Source: Anaerolineales bacterium
GTDB taxonomy: Bacteria; Chloroflexota; Anaerolineae; Anaerolineales; UBA11579
Direction: 5' to 3'
Length of the DNA stretch: 64,000 bases
Assembly: GCA_019454165.1 (NCBI GenBank)
Contig: CP075367.1
Coordinates: 956,179 to 1,020,178 of the forward strand
A model generated the notes under the pieces. That model was not told the origin of the DNA and did not search any database. It was given only the letters and a program-made list of their open reading frames with translations. Both the position numbers and the translations under genes were made by a program. Of this stretch, positions 28,892 through 37,962 are shown piece by piece. Numbering within the stretch: position 1 is the stretch's first letter; each line of letters opens with the position of its first letter.

Positions 28892-30364
28892 ATGCCACGA
28901 AAATTCGCAGTTCCCATCCTTATCCTGACCGTGCTCAGCTTGCTGCTCAGCGGCTGTTATTCGATCGAGCGCGAGCAGACCTCGATCAAGGCCACCCTGA
29001 ACGCTATGCAAGACCAGCTCAACGGCGAAAGCGGCCACAGCACCGGCCAAACCCCCAGCACCCCTGTCCCCCAGGCCGAAGCGCCGGATGGCCCGGCGGA
29101 TGTGTCGTATACGCTGACCACAGGCGTTGCCGGGCATAACCTGGTGTTCATCGGTGTGGGCGGCGAGATCGATGGAGTGCATAACCCCACGCTGCTGGCC
29201 GAACCGGGCGATATTGTGGAGATCACTCTGGTGAACGCCGAGGCAGTGCAGCACAACCTGCAGATCGATGACTTCGGGGTCGATACCGGCATGCTGAGCG
29301 GCCAGGGCGAACAGCAGACCATCAAGTTCGTGGCTGACCGTGAGGGCAGCTTCACCTATTTCTGCGTCGTGCCCGGCCACCAGGCCGCCGGCATGCAGGG
29401 CACCCTGCAGGTGGGCAGCGGCGACAGCGCGGCGGCCACCTCGGTGGTCAAGAGCCCCAGCGACCTGCCGGCCGCAGTGGGCGCACGCGGCCCGCAGCTG
29501 GTGCAGGCCGAGCTGGTGGCGGAGGAGGTCGTAGGCCAATTGGCGGACGGCACCACCTACCCGTACTTCACGTTCAATGGCACTGTGCCCGGCCCGTTCA
29601 TCCGCGCCCGCGTGGGTGACACGGTCGAGATCACGCTGCGTAACGAGACCAGCAGCACCTTCGTGCACTCGGTGGACCTGCACGCGGCCACCGGCCCCGG
29701 CGGCGGCGGCGAGGTGACCCAGGTGCAGCCTGGCGAGACCAAGACCTTCACCTTCACTGCGCTCAACCCGGGCATCTATGTCTATCACTGCGCCACGCCC
29801 AGCGTGCCGCACCACATTGCCAGCGGCATGTACGGCCTGATCCTGATCGAGCCGGCCGGCGGCCTGCCGCCGGTGGACCGCGAGTTCTATGTGATGCAAG
29901 GGGAGATCTACACCGAAGAGCCGTTCGGCACGCCGGGCCAACTGACCTTCAGCCATGAGAAGATGGCCAATGAGGATCCGGAGTACTTCGTGTTCAACGG
30001 CGCGGTCGGCGCGGTAGGTTTGGCGAGCGAAGCCAACATGCTGCAGGCCAATGTGGGCGACACCGTGCGCATCTTTGTTGGCGTGGGTGGGCCCAACTTC
30101 ACCTCATCGTTCCATGTGATCGGCGAGATCTTTGACAGGGCGTATGCCTTCGGTTCGCTGACCGCTGCGCCGCTCACGGATGTGCAGACCATCAGCGTGC
30201 CGCCCGGCGGCGCGGTCATGGTTGAGTTCGATGTGGAATACCCCGGCCACTATGTGCTGGTGGACCATGCGCTCAGCCGCCTAGAGCGCGGTCTGGTGGG
30301 TATGCTGCACGTGCAAGGCGCAGCTGACCCCAGCATCTTCAAAGAAGGCCCAGCCAACCCTTGA
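28892..30364 (+). CDS. nirK: Copper-containing nitrite reductase NirK with N-terminal fused cupredoxin domain (lipoprotein)
   Basis: SD AAGGGAGAG precedes ATG 28892, with lipobox LLLSGC. The N-terminal type-1 Cu domain has H...YFCVVPGHQAAGMQGTLQV. The NirK core has HSVDLHAATGPGGG and YVYHCATPSVPHHIASGMYGLILIEP, which supply the T1/T2 copper ligands. Confidence 0.85.
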   Translation: MPRKFAVPILILTVLSLLLSGCYSIEREQTSIKATLNAMQDQLNGESGHSTGQTPSTPVPQAEAPDGPADVSYTLTTGVAGHNLVFIGVGGEIDGVHNPTLLAEPGDIVEITLVNAEAVQHNLQIDDFGVDTGMLSGQGEQQTIKFVADREGSFTYFCVVPGHQAAGMQGTLQVGSGDSAAATSVVKSPSDLPAAVGARGPQLVQAELVAEEVVGQLADGTTYPYFTFNGTVPGPFIRARVGDTVEITLRNETSSTFVHSVDLHAATGPGGGGEVTQVQPGETKTFTFTALNPGIYVYHCATPSVPHHIASGMYGLILIEPAGGLPPVDREFYVMQGEIYTEEPFGTPGQLTFSHEKMANEDPEYFVFNGAVGAVGLASEANMLQANVGDTVRIFVGVGGPNFTSSFHVIGEIFDRAYAFGSLTAAPLTDVQTISVPPGGAVMVEFDVEYPGHYVLVDHALSRLERGLVGMLHVQGAADPSIFKEGPANP

Positions 30365-30385
30365 TAAGGAGGAGAGGCTGGTAAC

Positions 30386-30423
30386 AAAAAGGAGCGCAGC
30401 GAAAGCTGCGCTCTCTTTGTTTG
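30386..30423 (+). terminator. Intrinsic terminator after nirK
   Basis: AAAAAGGAGCGCAGC-gaaa-GCTGCGCTCTCTTTGTTT. Confidence 0.75.
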
Positions 30424-30498
30424 CGGCGGGTACATAAGCCGATTGAGTAGAGATGAAAGCAGATTAGATACCGCCGCGTTGGAGAACGGGATCGGAGC

Positions 30499-31605
30499 CT
30501 AATAATTTGTTGGCTGGCTTGACCCGTTCTCCAGCCTTGAGCGACGGAAGGAGATCGCCATCGAGATGAAGAACAGCAGGATCGCCAGGCCGTTGAGCAT
30601 GCCGCCCCAGCGGCGGATGTTTGCATCCAGCAGCAGGTTGCCGGCCACGCGCACCAGCAGCGAGGTATGCAACAGGGTGAGCGGCAGGTACAGGATGGGG
30701 TGATAGACCGCCGCGCGGGCCAGGATGGCCGGCAGAATGATCGGCCCGTGGGCAAAGACCATCGAGAGGACAAAGCCCACGAACATGCCATGCCAATAGG
30801 CGTCATAGATCAGGCCGGCGACCTGCGGCCCGTGCAGCAGGCCCAGGATGGCGCTGGCGCCGAGCCATATGTAGCCCAGCCCCAAGGCCACGGCGATGTA
30901 GCGCGGCAGGCCGTGGCTGCGCAGCGTGACGCGCACCACGTCGTAGCGCAGGAACCATACACACAAGCCGAGCAGCGCCAGGTTGTACAGCCGCGCCCCG
31001 TTGGTGAAATCGAAGGCCGCCAGCATCGCGCCGGCCAGCAGGGCGGCCACCGCCAACAGGAAGCCGGTTTGCGCGCCACGGCTGGGCCGCAGCAGGCGGC
31101 CCAGCTCCAGGCGCTCGCCGGCGATGGTGAGCAGCAGGAAGGCGGCCCACCAGTACACGACCAGCGAGAGCGGTTGGCCCAGCATCCACAGCAGGTTGCC
31201 CACCAGCCAGCTGGCGGCGCCCAGCGCCATGACGCGGGTGTAGTTGGCCGGCGCCTGGCGCACGATCAGCACGCCGATCAGCGTGAAGCTGAGGCTGGCG
31301 AGCACGAAGAGCCAGGCGGCGGGCCAGGCCTGGCCGAAGGCCAGCAGCAGCCCGGCGGCTGCGCTGCAGGCCGGGCCGATGTACATCCAGCGGCGGCTGA
31401 GCGCCACAGCGCGCTCGAGGGCGATCAGCGTACCGAAGAAGCCGCATACCATCAGCGGGCCGTGGGCGATCGGCAGCTGGCTGGGCAGGCTGGGCAGCGC
31501 CCAGCCGATGCGCGCCAGGCCGGCCAGTACCGCCAGCACCAGCAGGATCACGCATACGGCCAGCAGCGGCAAACGGAAACGGAAGAAAGCAGGCTTCGTA
31601 TTCAT
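30499..31605 (-). CDS. Polytopic membrane protein (~12 TM), possibly NnrS-like
   Basis: From ATG 31605 (368 aa). Conserved His in TM contexts (IAHGPLMVCGFFGTLIALERAV; WHGMFVGFVLSMVFAHGPI). It is convergent with nirK. The NnrS assignment rests on context and a loose motif only. Confidence 0.35.
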   Translation of the reverse strand: MNTKPAFFRFRLPLLAVCVILLVLAVLAGLARIGWALPSLPSQLPIAHGPLMVCGFFGTLIALERAVALSRRWMYIGPACSAAAGLLLAFGQAWPAAWLFVLASLSFTLIGVLIVRQAPANYTRVMALGAASWLVGNLLWMLGQPLSLVVYWWAAFLLLTIAGERLELGRLLRPSRGAQTGFLLAVAALLAGAMLAAFDFTNGARLYNLALLGLCVWFLRYDVVRVTLRSHGLPRYIAVALGLGYIWLGASAILGLLHGPQVAGLIYDAYWHGMFVGFVLSMVFAHGPIILPAILARAAVYHPILYLPLTLLHTSLLVRVAGNLLLDANIRRWGGMLNGLAILLFFISMAISFRRSRLENGSSQPTNY

Positions 31606-31846
31606 TGCGGTAAGTCTAATCCTGCTTTGCGAGCCTGGCAGGGGAGCTGCCGGGCTCGCCAGGCGGTGCAATTCTTTAAGCTTCGAGCATTGATTTTTGG
31701 GGGCAACCTAATAAAATATTCAAAATGACGGTAGATGGAGACTGTCCCTGTCCCAACTGCTTTAAGGGAGCTTAAGTAGCAAAACTGTACGGGCGAAGTA
31801 CGGCCCCAGTACAGTTTTTTTGTTTAACAATGTTTAAGGAGAGAGA

Positions 31847-32908
31847 ATGACATTGAACAAAATCAAAAATGTTGTATTGGTTCTGCTGGCGGCGGCCATG
31901 TTGGCTGCCTGCGGCGGCGCGGCTGCGGCCCCCAACACCCAACTGGTGGTGTTGGAGTGGTCTGGTTATGAGGAGCCCAGCTACTGGGAGCCTTTTGCCT
32001 TGCAACACCCGGAGATTGAGCCGGAGTACAGCTTTTTTGGTGAGGATGCCGAAGCCTATTCCAAGGCGCAGAGCGGCTTCCAGTTCGATGTGGTGCACCC
32101 TTGTGGCAGCTGGTGGGGCCTGTACGTTGAGGCCGGCCTGGTGATGCCGCTGGATACCTCGCGCTTGTCGAACTTTGACCAACTGTTCCCTGAACTGACC
32201 CAGCATGGCGTCTTTGACGGCCAGCAATACTTCATCCCGTGGGATTGGGCGTACGAGTCGATCACGGTGCGCACCGACCTGGTGGACGAAGTGCCTGACT
32301 CGTGGGCTGACCTGTGGGACCCGCAGTACGCCGGCAAAGTGGCTATCTTCGACTCGGGCGAATCCACCTTCCTGACCGCTGCGTATGCCCTGGGTTACGA
32401 CCCGTACAACACCACGCCTGAGCAGCAGGAAGAGATCAAGCAGCACCTGATCGCCCTGAAGCCCAACTTGCTGACCTACTGGGTGGACTACACCGAGATC
32501 AACCAACTGCTGGCCTCCGGCGATGTGGCCGTGGGCGCCAACACCTGGAACGACGCCTGGGCCACGCTGAACGACGAAGGCTACGAGGTGGAGTACGTCA
32601 ACCCGACCGAGGGCCGCATCAGCTACGCGTGTGGCTTCGGCATCTCGGCCAACTCCACCAATGTGGATCTGGCTTACGACTACATCAATGCGCTGATCGA
32701 CGCGCAGTCCAACGCCAACATGGCCAACGACTTCTACTACGGCGCGGCCAACATGAACTCCGTGCCGCTGCTCGACCCGAACCTGGTGGATGTGTTCCAG
32801 TACGACGACCCGTCTGTGCTGGCGCAGAGCAACTTCCAGCACCCGCTGACGCAAGCGCAGCGCGAGATGATGACCACGATCTGGAACGAGGTCAAAGCGC
32901 AACAATAG
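31847..32908 (+). CDS. ABC transporter substrate-binding lipoprotein (PotD/PotF polyamine type)
   Basis: Lipobox LLAAAMLAAC. Family-1 solute-binding protein features. It sits at the head of an operon with PotB/C/A-type partners. Confidence 0.7.
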   Translation: MTLNKIKNVVLVLLAAAMLAACGGAAAAPNTQLVVLEWSGYEEPSYWEPFALQHPEIEPEYSFFGEDAEAYSKAQSGFQFDVVHPCGSWWGLYVEAGLVMPLDTSRLSNFDQLFPELTQHGVFDGQQYFIPWDWAYESITVRTDLVDEVPDSWADLWDPQYAGKVAIFDSGESTFLTAAYALGYDPYNTTPEQQEEIKQHLIALKPNLLTYWVDYTEINQLLASGDVAVGANTWNDAWATLNDEGYEVEYVNPTEGRISYACGFGISANSTNVDLAYDYINALIDAQSNANMANDFYYGAANMNSVPLLDPNLVDVFQYDDPSVLAQSNFQHPLTQAQREMMTTIWNEVKAQQ

Positions 32909-32937
32909 CATTGCCGGCTAGCCAGCCGGCCATGCTG

Positions 32938-32977
32938 GCGGGAGCAGGGTGGGGCGAAGCCCCACCCTGCTCCCCGC
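32938..32977 (+). promoter_or_regulatory. Intercistronic GC hairpin between binding-protein and permease genes
   Basis: GCGGGAGCAGGGTGGGG-cgaa-GCCCCACCCTGCTCCCCGC, preceded by a second hairpin GCCGGCT-agcc-AGCCGGC (32913-32930). Confidence 0.6.
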
Positions 32978-32990
32978 CCAGGACACTCCC

Positions 32991-33842
32991 GTGGAAAACA
33001 AGCGCCGCCTGTTCGCCCTGATAACACCGCCCTCGGTGTTCTTGCTGTTCTTCTTCATGGTGCCGCTGGTGATCATGGCGTTATACACGATGAAGGAGAG
33101 CAGCTTTGGGCCGCTGTTCCCGCTTTCGTTCGAAGCGTTCCGCTCGTTCTTCTCCAACCCGGCTTACTTTGTGCTGCTGTTGAGTTCCAGCCAGTTGGCG
33201 CTGTTCACCGCGCTGCTTTCCATCTTACTGGCCTATCCGGTTTCCTATTACCTGGTCTTTTACACCGGTTCGCGGCGTGTGATCCTGCTGACCCTGCTCA
33301 TTCTGCCGGCCTGGATCAGTTACCTGCTGCGTGTGCTGGCCTGGAAGGTCATCCTCGGCTCTGAGGGCTTGCTGAACCAGCTGCTGATCAGCGCTGGGCT
33401 GATCGAGAATGGGGCGCCGATCCTGCTGTTCAGCCAGGCGGCGGTGCTCATCACGCTCGTTTATGTATGGATTCCGTTCGCGGCGCTGCCGATCTTCGCC
33501 GCGATGGAGCGCATCGACCCGCGCCTGCATGAGGCCGCCGCGGATCTGGGCGCTTCGCCCGGGGTCACGTTCTGGCGGGTCACCTTCCCGCTGACCATGC
33601 CGGGTGTGGCCTCGGCGTTCTTCTTTGTATTCATCCCCACGCTGGGCGAGTGGGTGACGCCCAACCTGGTGGGCGGCGTCAGCGGCATCATGTACGGCAA
33701 CCTGATCCAGGATCAGTTCGGGCGCGCCCTCAACTGGCCGCTGGGTGCGCTGATGAGCATGGTGCTGCTGGTGCTGGTGGGTGTATTTAGTTACGTATTC
33801 AACCGCTTTATCCCGATCACTGAAGTGCCGGTTTCTTCCTAG
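32991..33842 (+). CDS. ABC transporter permease (PotB-like)
   Basis: The GTG at 32991 is chosen because the ORF-track start (32949) lies inside the hairpin. The EAA-loop-type region is MERIDPRLHEAAADLGASPGVTFWRVTFPL. Confidence 0.75.
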   Translation: MENKRRLFALITPPSVFLLFFFMVPLVIMALYTMKESSFGPLFPLSFEAFRSFFSNPAYFVLLLSSSQLALFTALLSILLAYPVSYYLVFYTGSRRVILLTLLILPAWISYLLRVLAWKVILGSEGLLNQLLISAGLIENGAPILLFSQAAVLITLVYVWIPFAALPIFAAMERIDPRLHEAAADLGASPGVTFWRVTFPLTMPGVASAFFFVFIPTLGEWVTPNLVGGVSGIMYGNLIQDQFGRALNWPLGALMSMVLLVLVGVFSYVFNRFIPITEVPVSS

Positions 33843-33864
33843 GTAGCTGAAAGATGAAGGCACT

Positions 33865-34665
33865 GTGATGCGACAGACAGGCAAGTGGTTGGGGCTGGGG
33901 TACTACCTGCTGTTGCTGCTCTTTTTGCAGCTGCCCATCCTGCTGCTGATCGTATTCTCTTTCAATGATTCGGTGTTGCTGGTGTTCCCGCTGCGCGGCT
34001 TCACCTTGCAGTGGTACCGCGAATTGCTGCAAGCCACGGAGCTGATCAATGCGGCCAAGAACAGCCTGCTGATCGGCCTGGTCTCATCGGTAGTGGCGAC
34101 GGTGCTGGGCGGGGCGGCCGCGATTGCGATCGCGCGCTACAACTTCCCTGGCCGCGAATTCTTTTTGAACATCGCCACACTGCCGCTGGTGATCCCGTAT
34201 GTGGTGCTGGCGGTGGCGCTGCTGATCCTGTTCCAAGCTCTCAAGATCGAGTTGAGCTTGTGGACGATCATGATCGGCCATACCATCATCAATATGCCGT
34301 ACGTCATGCTGATCGTGGCGGCGCGCCTGTCTGGCTTTGCCAACAATCTGGAAGAAGCTGCGATGGATCTGGGCGCAACCTACTGGGGCACGCTGATGCG
34401 GGTGACCCTGCCGATCTCCATGCCGGCGCTGGTGGCGGCGTTCCTGTCTTCGTTCACCATGTCGTTCGATGAGTTCTCGCTGGCGTTCTTCCTGGCCGGC
34501 ACGCAGAACACCCTGCCGGTGTATTTGTATTCGCAGTTGCGCTTCCCCAGCCGCCTGCCGCTGGCGGTCACCACCGCGGCAGTGGTGATCATGGTGTCTG
34601 TGGTGATCTTGTTGTTCTCTGAATGGTTGCGCCGCATTGGAACTTCGAAACCACCTAAGGTATGA
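33865..34665 (+). CDS. ABC transporter permease (PotC-like)
   Basis: Six TM segments. The EAA loop is LEEAAMDLGATYWGTLMRVTLPI. Confidence 0.8.
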   Translation: MMRQTGKWLGLGYYLLLLLFLQLPILLLIVFSFNDSVLLVFPLRGFTLQWYRELLQATELINAAKNSLLIGLVSSVVATVLGGAAAIAIARYNFPGREFFLNIATLPLVIPYVVLAVALLILFQALKIELSLWTIMIGHTIINMPYVMLIVAARLSGFANNLEEAAMDLGATYWGTLMRVTLPISMPALVAAFLSSFTMSFDEFSLAFFLAGTQNTLPVYLYSQLRFPSRLPLAVTTAAVVIMVSVVILLFSEWLRRIGTSKPPKV

Positions 34666-34798
34666 GCATGAACAAGCGTAGAGCTATATCGCGAATGGGT
34701 TCGGGCGGCGCGTTGGAGAACGGGCGCGTGCTTGAGCGGAATGAAGAGAAGGTTTGCCCGTTCTCCTTTACGCCGCAGGGATAAGATTGATTTGAAAG

Positions 34799-36046
34799 TT
34801 GGATATGTCTATGAAACCATTGGCAGTTGAACTCAAGAATGTCAGCAAAGTCTTCTCCGGCGTCGGACGCGGGGAAGGTTTGATGCACGCCGTCAAAGGC
34901 GTCGATCTGCAGATCAAGCAGGGTGAATTCTTCACCATGCTTGGCCCTAGCGGCTGCGGCAAGACCACGACCTTGCGCATGATCGCCGGCTTCGAGTTCC
35001 CGACCAGTGGTGATATTTACTTGAATGGCGAGCTGTCCAACCAGGTGCCGCCGTACAAGCGCGCCGTCAACACCGTGTTCCAAAGCTACGCGCTCTTTCC
35101 GCATCTGACCGTGGCGCAGAACGTGGGCTTCGGCCTGGCGGTCAAGCGCGTGCCCAAGGGCGAGCGCGAAGTGCGCGTGCGCGAGGCGCTGGAGCTGGTC
35201 AAGCTGGGCCAGCTGGGCGAGCGCAAGCCCAACCAACTCTCGGGCGGGCAGCAGCAGCGCGTGGCGCTGGCGCGGGCGCTGGTCAACCGCCCGGCGGTGC
35301 TGCTGCTGGATGAGCCGCTGGGCGCGCTGGACCTTAAGCTGCGCGAGACCATGCAGCATGAGCTGAAGGACCTGCAGAAGCGGGTCGGCATCACGTTCAT
35401 CTACGTTACGCACGACCAGGAAGAAGCGCTGACGATGAGCGACCGCATCGCTGTGATGAGCGAAGGCCGCGTGCAGCAGGTTGGCACACCGGAGCAGATC
35501 TACAACTTCCCTGCCAATCATTTTGTGGCCGATTTCATCGGCGACACCAATTTCCTTGAGGGCAAGGTGGTCTCGCTGCATGAGGACCGCACCGTTATCA
35601 AGGTGGGGCGCGAGGATGTGACCGCCGCCCGGGCCAACTTCCCGCTGATGCCGGGCGAGAAGGTCACCATGGTCATCCGCCCCGAGAAGCTGGCCGTGGC
35701 GCGCGAGCTGGCGCCGGCTTTGGCGCCGCCGCCCGCCGCCCCGGTGAACCCGGCCCGGCCGCAGCCGCTGCGGGTCAACGCAGTGATGAACGCCCGCGTG
35801 CTCGATTCGGTCTTTGTGGGTACGGATACCCGCGTGAACGTCACGCTCAAGGGCGGCACCGAGATCACGGTGCTGGTGCGCAACCTGGAGGATGACGAGG
35901 ATTTCAAGAAGGGCGACAAGGTTGTGGTCACCTACGACGCATCCGACTCGCGCTTGTTGCCGGCGGCGCAATTGGGCACGACGGAAGAGACCTATATTGG
36001 CAACGGCGAACCCGCCAATGGCGCGGCGCCTGCCGCTGCGAAGTAA
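34799..36046 (+). CDS. ABC transporter ATP-binding protein (PotA-like) with extended C-terminus
   Basis: Walker A GPSGCGKTT, signature LSGGQQQRVALARAL and Walker B LLLDEPLGALD. The C-terminal TOBE-like region has an Ala/Pro-rich insert. Confidence 0.85.
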   Translation: MDMSMKPLAVELKNVSKVFSGVGRGEGLMHAVKGVDLQIKQGEFFTMLGPSGCGKTTTLRMIAGFEFPTSGDIYLNGELSNQVPPYKRAVNTVFQSYALFPHLTVAQNVGFGLAVKRVPKGEREVRVREALELVKLGQLGERKPNQLSGGQQQRVALARALVNRPAVLLLDEPLGALDLKLRETMQHELKDLQKRVGITFIYVTHDQEEALTMSDRIAVMSEGRVQQVGTPEQIYNFPANHFVADFIGDTNFLEGKVVSLHEDRTVIKVGREDVTAARANFPLMPGEKVTMVIRPEKLAVARELAPALAPPPAAPVNPARPQPLRVNAVMNARVLDSVFVGTDTRVNVTLKGGTEITVLVRNLEDDEDFKKGDKVVVTYDASDSRLLPAAQLGTTEETYIGNGEPANGAAPAAAK

Positions 36047-36063
36047 GGCGCAACATCGGAGAT

Positions 36064-36090
36064 AAAAAGCCGGCCATGTGGCCGGCTTTT
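36064..36090. terminator. Bidirectional intrinsic terminator
   Basis: AAAAAGCCGGCCA-tgt-GGCCGGCTTTTTT. Confidence 0.85.
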
Positions 36091-36867
36091 TTATTCGAGG
36101 ACGGTTTTGACTTTGAGCCTGCGCTGCACGAAGGGCGGCGGAAAGTAGGCGATGTAGATCAGCGCTAGCGCAGCGATCCCCAAGATGCGGATGGTAAGCG
36201 GCCACCAACTGGTGGCGTTCAGGTTGATGCCCACAAGGAGGAGCAGGAGCGGAATAAAGTAGGCCACGCCAAACAAGCAGAAGAAGCCCAGCGGCACCAA
36301 CAGCGCACGGAACTTGGCGCTGCGCTCGCTGACTTTGAAATATAAGCTGAACATGCCGAAGCTGGCCAGGATGGGCGGCAAACTGAGCAGCACGATCAGC
36401 AGGACGCCATACACCAGGCCGAACAGTCCTTGCGGTACGTTTTGGTATTGGATGATGGCTTCCCAGGTTCCCAGCGACACGCCAATGGGCCGGAAGATGT
36501 AGATCGAGATGAGTAGAAAGAGGCCGAAGGCAATGTAGAAGCCGGCCACCCAGCGTGAGGCGCGGTGATTGCCTCTGAAGATGTACATCAGATAGGTCAG
36601 CAAGCCCCACAACGCCGGAGCAGCTGAAAGTGTAGCCGCCAGGCTGAATAGCACGAACAGAGGCAGGTAATCAACGCCCAGGCTCAGGAACAAAACCGAC
36701 AGGCCGTTGATGGCCGTGTTGGCGGCCATGCCAAACCACCACACGCGGAAGGCGCGCCAGGCGCGCCCATCATCGGCGTTATCGAATGTCTTCTTGCCCA
36801 GGGAGTGGCCAATGAAGAAATACAGGATGCTGTTTGCAAAAAAGATGACCAGCGGAGCGATGTTCAT
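36091..36867 (-). CDS. 7-TM membrane protein, paralog B
   Basis: From internal ATG 36867 of the 475-aa ORF (258 aa). It is collinear with the upstream paralog, sharing RAW.AF..WWFGMAAN, SRWVAGFYIAFG, LPPILAS and WWPLT.R..GI.AL.LIY.AY.PP. Confidence 0.65.
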   Translation of the reverse strand: MNIAPLVIFFANSILYFFIGHSLGKKTFDNADDGRAWRAFRVWWFGMAANTAINGLSVLFLSLGVDYLPLFVLFSLAATLSAAPALWGLLTYLMYIFRGNHRASRWVAGFYIAFGLFLLISIYIFRPIGVSLGTWEAIIQYQNVPQGLFGLVYGVLLIVLLSLPPILASFGMFSLYFKVSERSAKFRALLVPLGFFCLFGVAYFIPLLLLLVGINLNATSWWPLTIRILGIAALALIYIAYFPPPFVQRRLKVKTVLE

Positions 36868-36881
36868 ACAGCTATGGCCCT

Positions 36882-37652
36882 TTAGTTGGTAAGGGCGGCA
36901 ACGCCAAAGCGTTGGCGCATCAATGCCGGCGGGTAATAGGCGAAATAGATCAGCAGCAGCGCCAGGATGCCCACCAGGCGGAAGGTGAGCGGCCACCAGG
37001 GGAGCTGGGTCGTGATGATGCCAAACAGATACAGGATGATGGGCATGATGTATGGCACGCCGAAGAACAAGAAGATGCCGATCGTGACCAATGCGGAGCG
37101 ATAGCGCGAACTGCGTTCGGTCAGGCTGAAGAACAGGCGAAAAAAGGCCGCGCTGGCCAGAATGGGCGGCAGCCCGAACAAAAGCAGCAAGCCAACCGGA
37201 TACAGTGGGCCGGGCGTGTGCTGGTACTCGATCAGCACTTGCCAGGTCGAGAGGCTGGCCCGCACCGGCACGAAAGCGAACACGGTGTAAAGCAGGTAGA
37301 TGCCAAAGGCGATGTAGAAGCCAGCCACCCAGCGAGACGGCCGCCAGCTGCCTGTGTATACGTACAGCAGATAGCTGAGCAAGCCCCACAAGGCCCACCC
37401 AGCCGCAAAGGTGCCTAGCAGGCTGAGCGCTACGAAGAGGTACAGGCTGCTGACGCCAAACGCGCTCAGCGCCATCGAAAAGCCCATCAGGGCAGAATTG
37501 GCGGCCATGCCGAACCACCAGATGAGGAAAGCGGCCCAGGCGCGCTGGTCTTTCGCATCCTCATACTGCTTGGCCCTCAGGCGCAGCCCGATATAAAGAA
37601 ACAGTGCACCGCTGAGCAAGTGCACCAGAATGGCAACGGTGGGGGATGTCAT
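36882..37652 (-). CDS. 7-TM membrane protein, paralog A
   Basis: 256 aa. It shares the same conserved blocks as paralog B, from which it is separated by 14 nt. Confidence 0.65.
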   Translation of the reverse strand: MTSPTVAILVHLLSGALFLYIGLRLRAKQYEDAKDQRAWAAFLIWWFGMAANSALMGFSMALSAFGVSSLYLFVALSLLGTFAAGWALWGLLSYLLYVYTGSWRPSRWVAGFYIAFGIYLLYTVFAFVPVRASLSTWQVLIEYQHTPGPLYPVGLLLLFGLPPILASAAFFRLFFSLTERSSRYRSALVTIGIFLFFGVPYIMPIILYLFGIITTQLPWWPLTFRLVGILALLLIYFAYYPPALMRQRFGVAALTN

Positions 37653-37801
37653 ATCATTCGGGCCGCGCGTGCTGCTAGCGTGTCGCCGGTTTCCTTTACT
37701 GGATTCACCTTCGCTGGCGCCTTGCTTTTGAGGCGCGCTTTGTCCGGCTTCAGCTTAGGAGGTTTGGCAGTCTTCGTGGTTTTAGCTTTCGGTTTTCCCA
37801 T
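37649..37801 (-). CDS. Small Lys/Pro-rich protein (50 aa), translationally coupled to paralog A
   Basis: MGKPKAKTTKTAKPPKLKPDKARLKSKAPAKVNPVKETGDTLAARAARMI. Its stop overlaps the next ATG (ATGA at 37649-37652). There is no clear SD. Confidence 0.35.
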   Translation of the reverse strand: MGKPKAKTTKTAKPPKLKPDKARLKSKAPAKVNPVKETGDTLAARAARMI

Positions 37802-37962
37802 TGCTACAAGTCCTGTCAGGCATGATAGTTGAAATTCGTTGGCGCTCCAATAACCTTGCATTTCTGATAGGCACTGCTGAGCATGTCCAGCAGCTTGACT
37901 TGGGGCTTCAAAAAGCGGTTTTTAGGCAAATGCGTGCTATTACAAGCTGCAAAGGGGGAAGT

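Noticed and set aside
36091-37518. A 475-aa ORF read as a single gene.
   Set aside because: Its N-terminal 217 aa are an out-of-frame read through the upstream paralog (36882-37652). Starting at the internal ATG 36867 gives a 258-aa protein collinear with that paralog.
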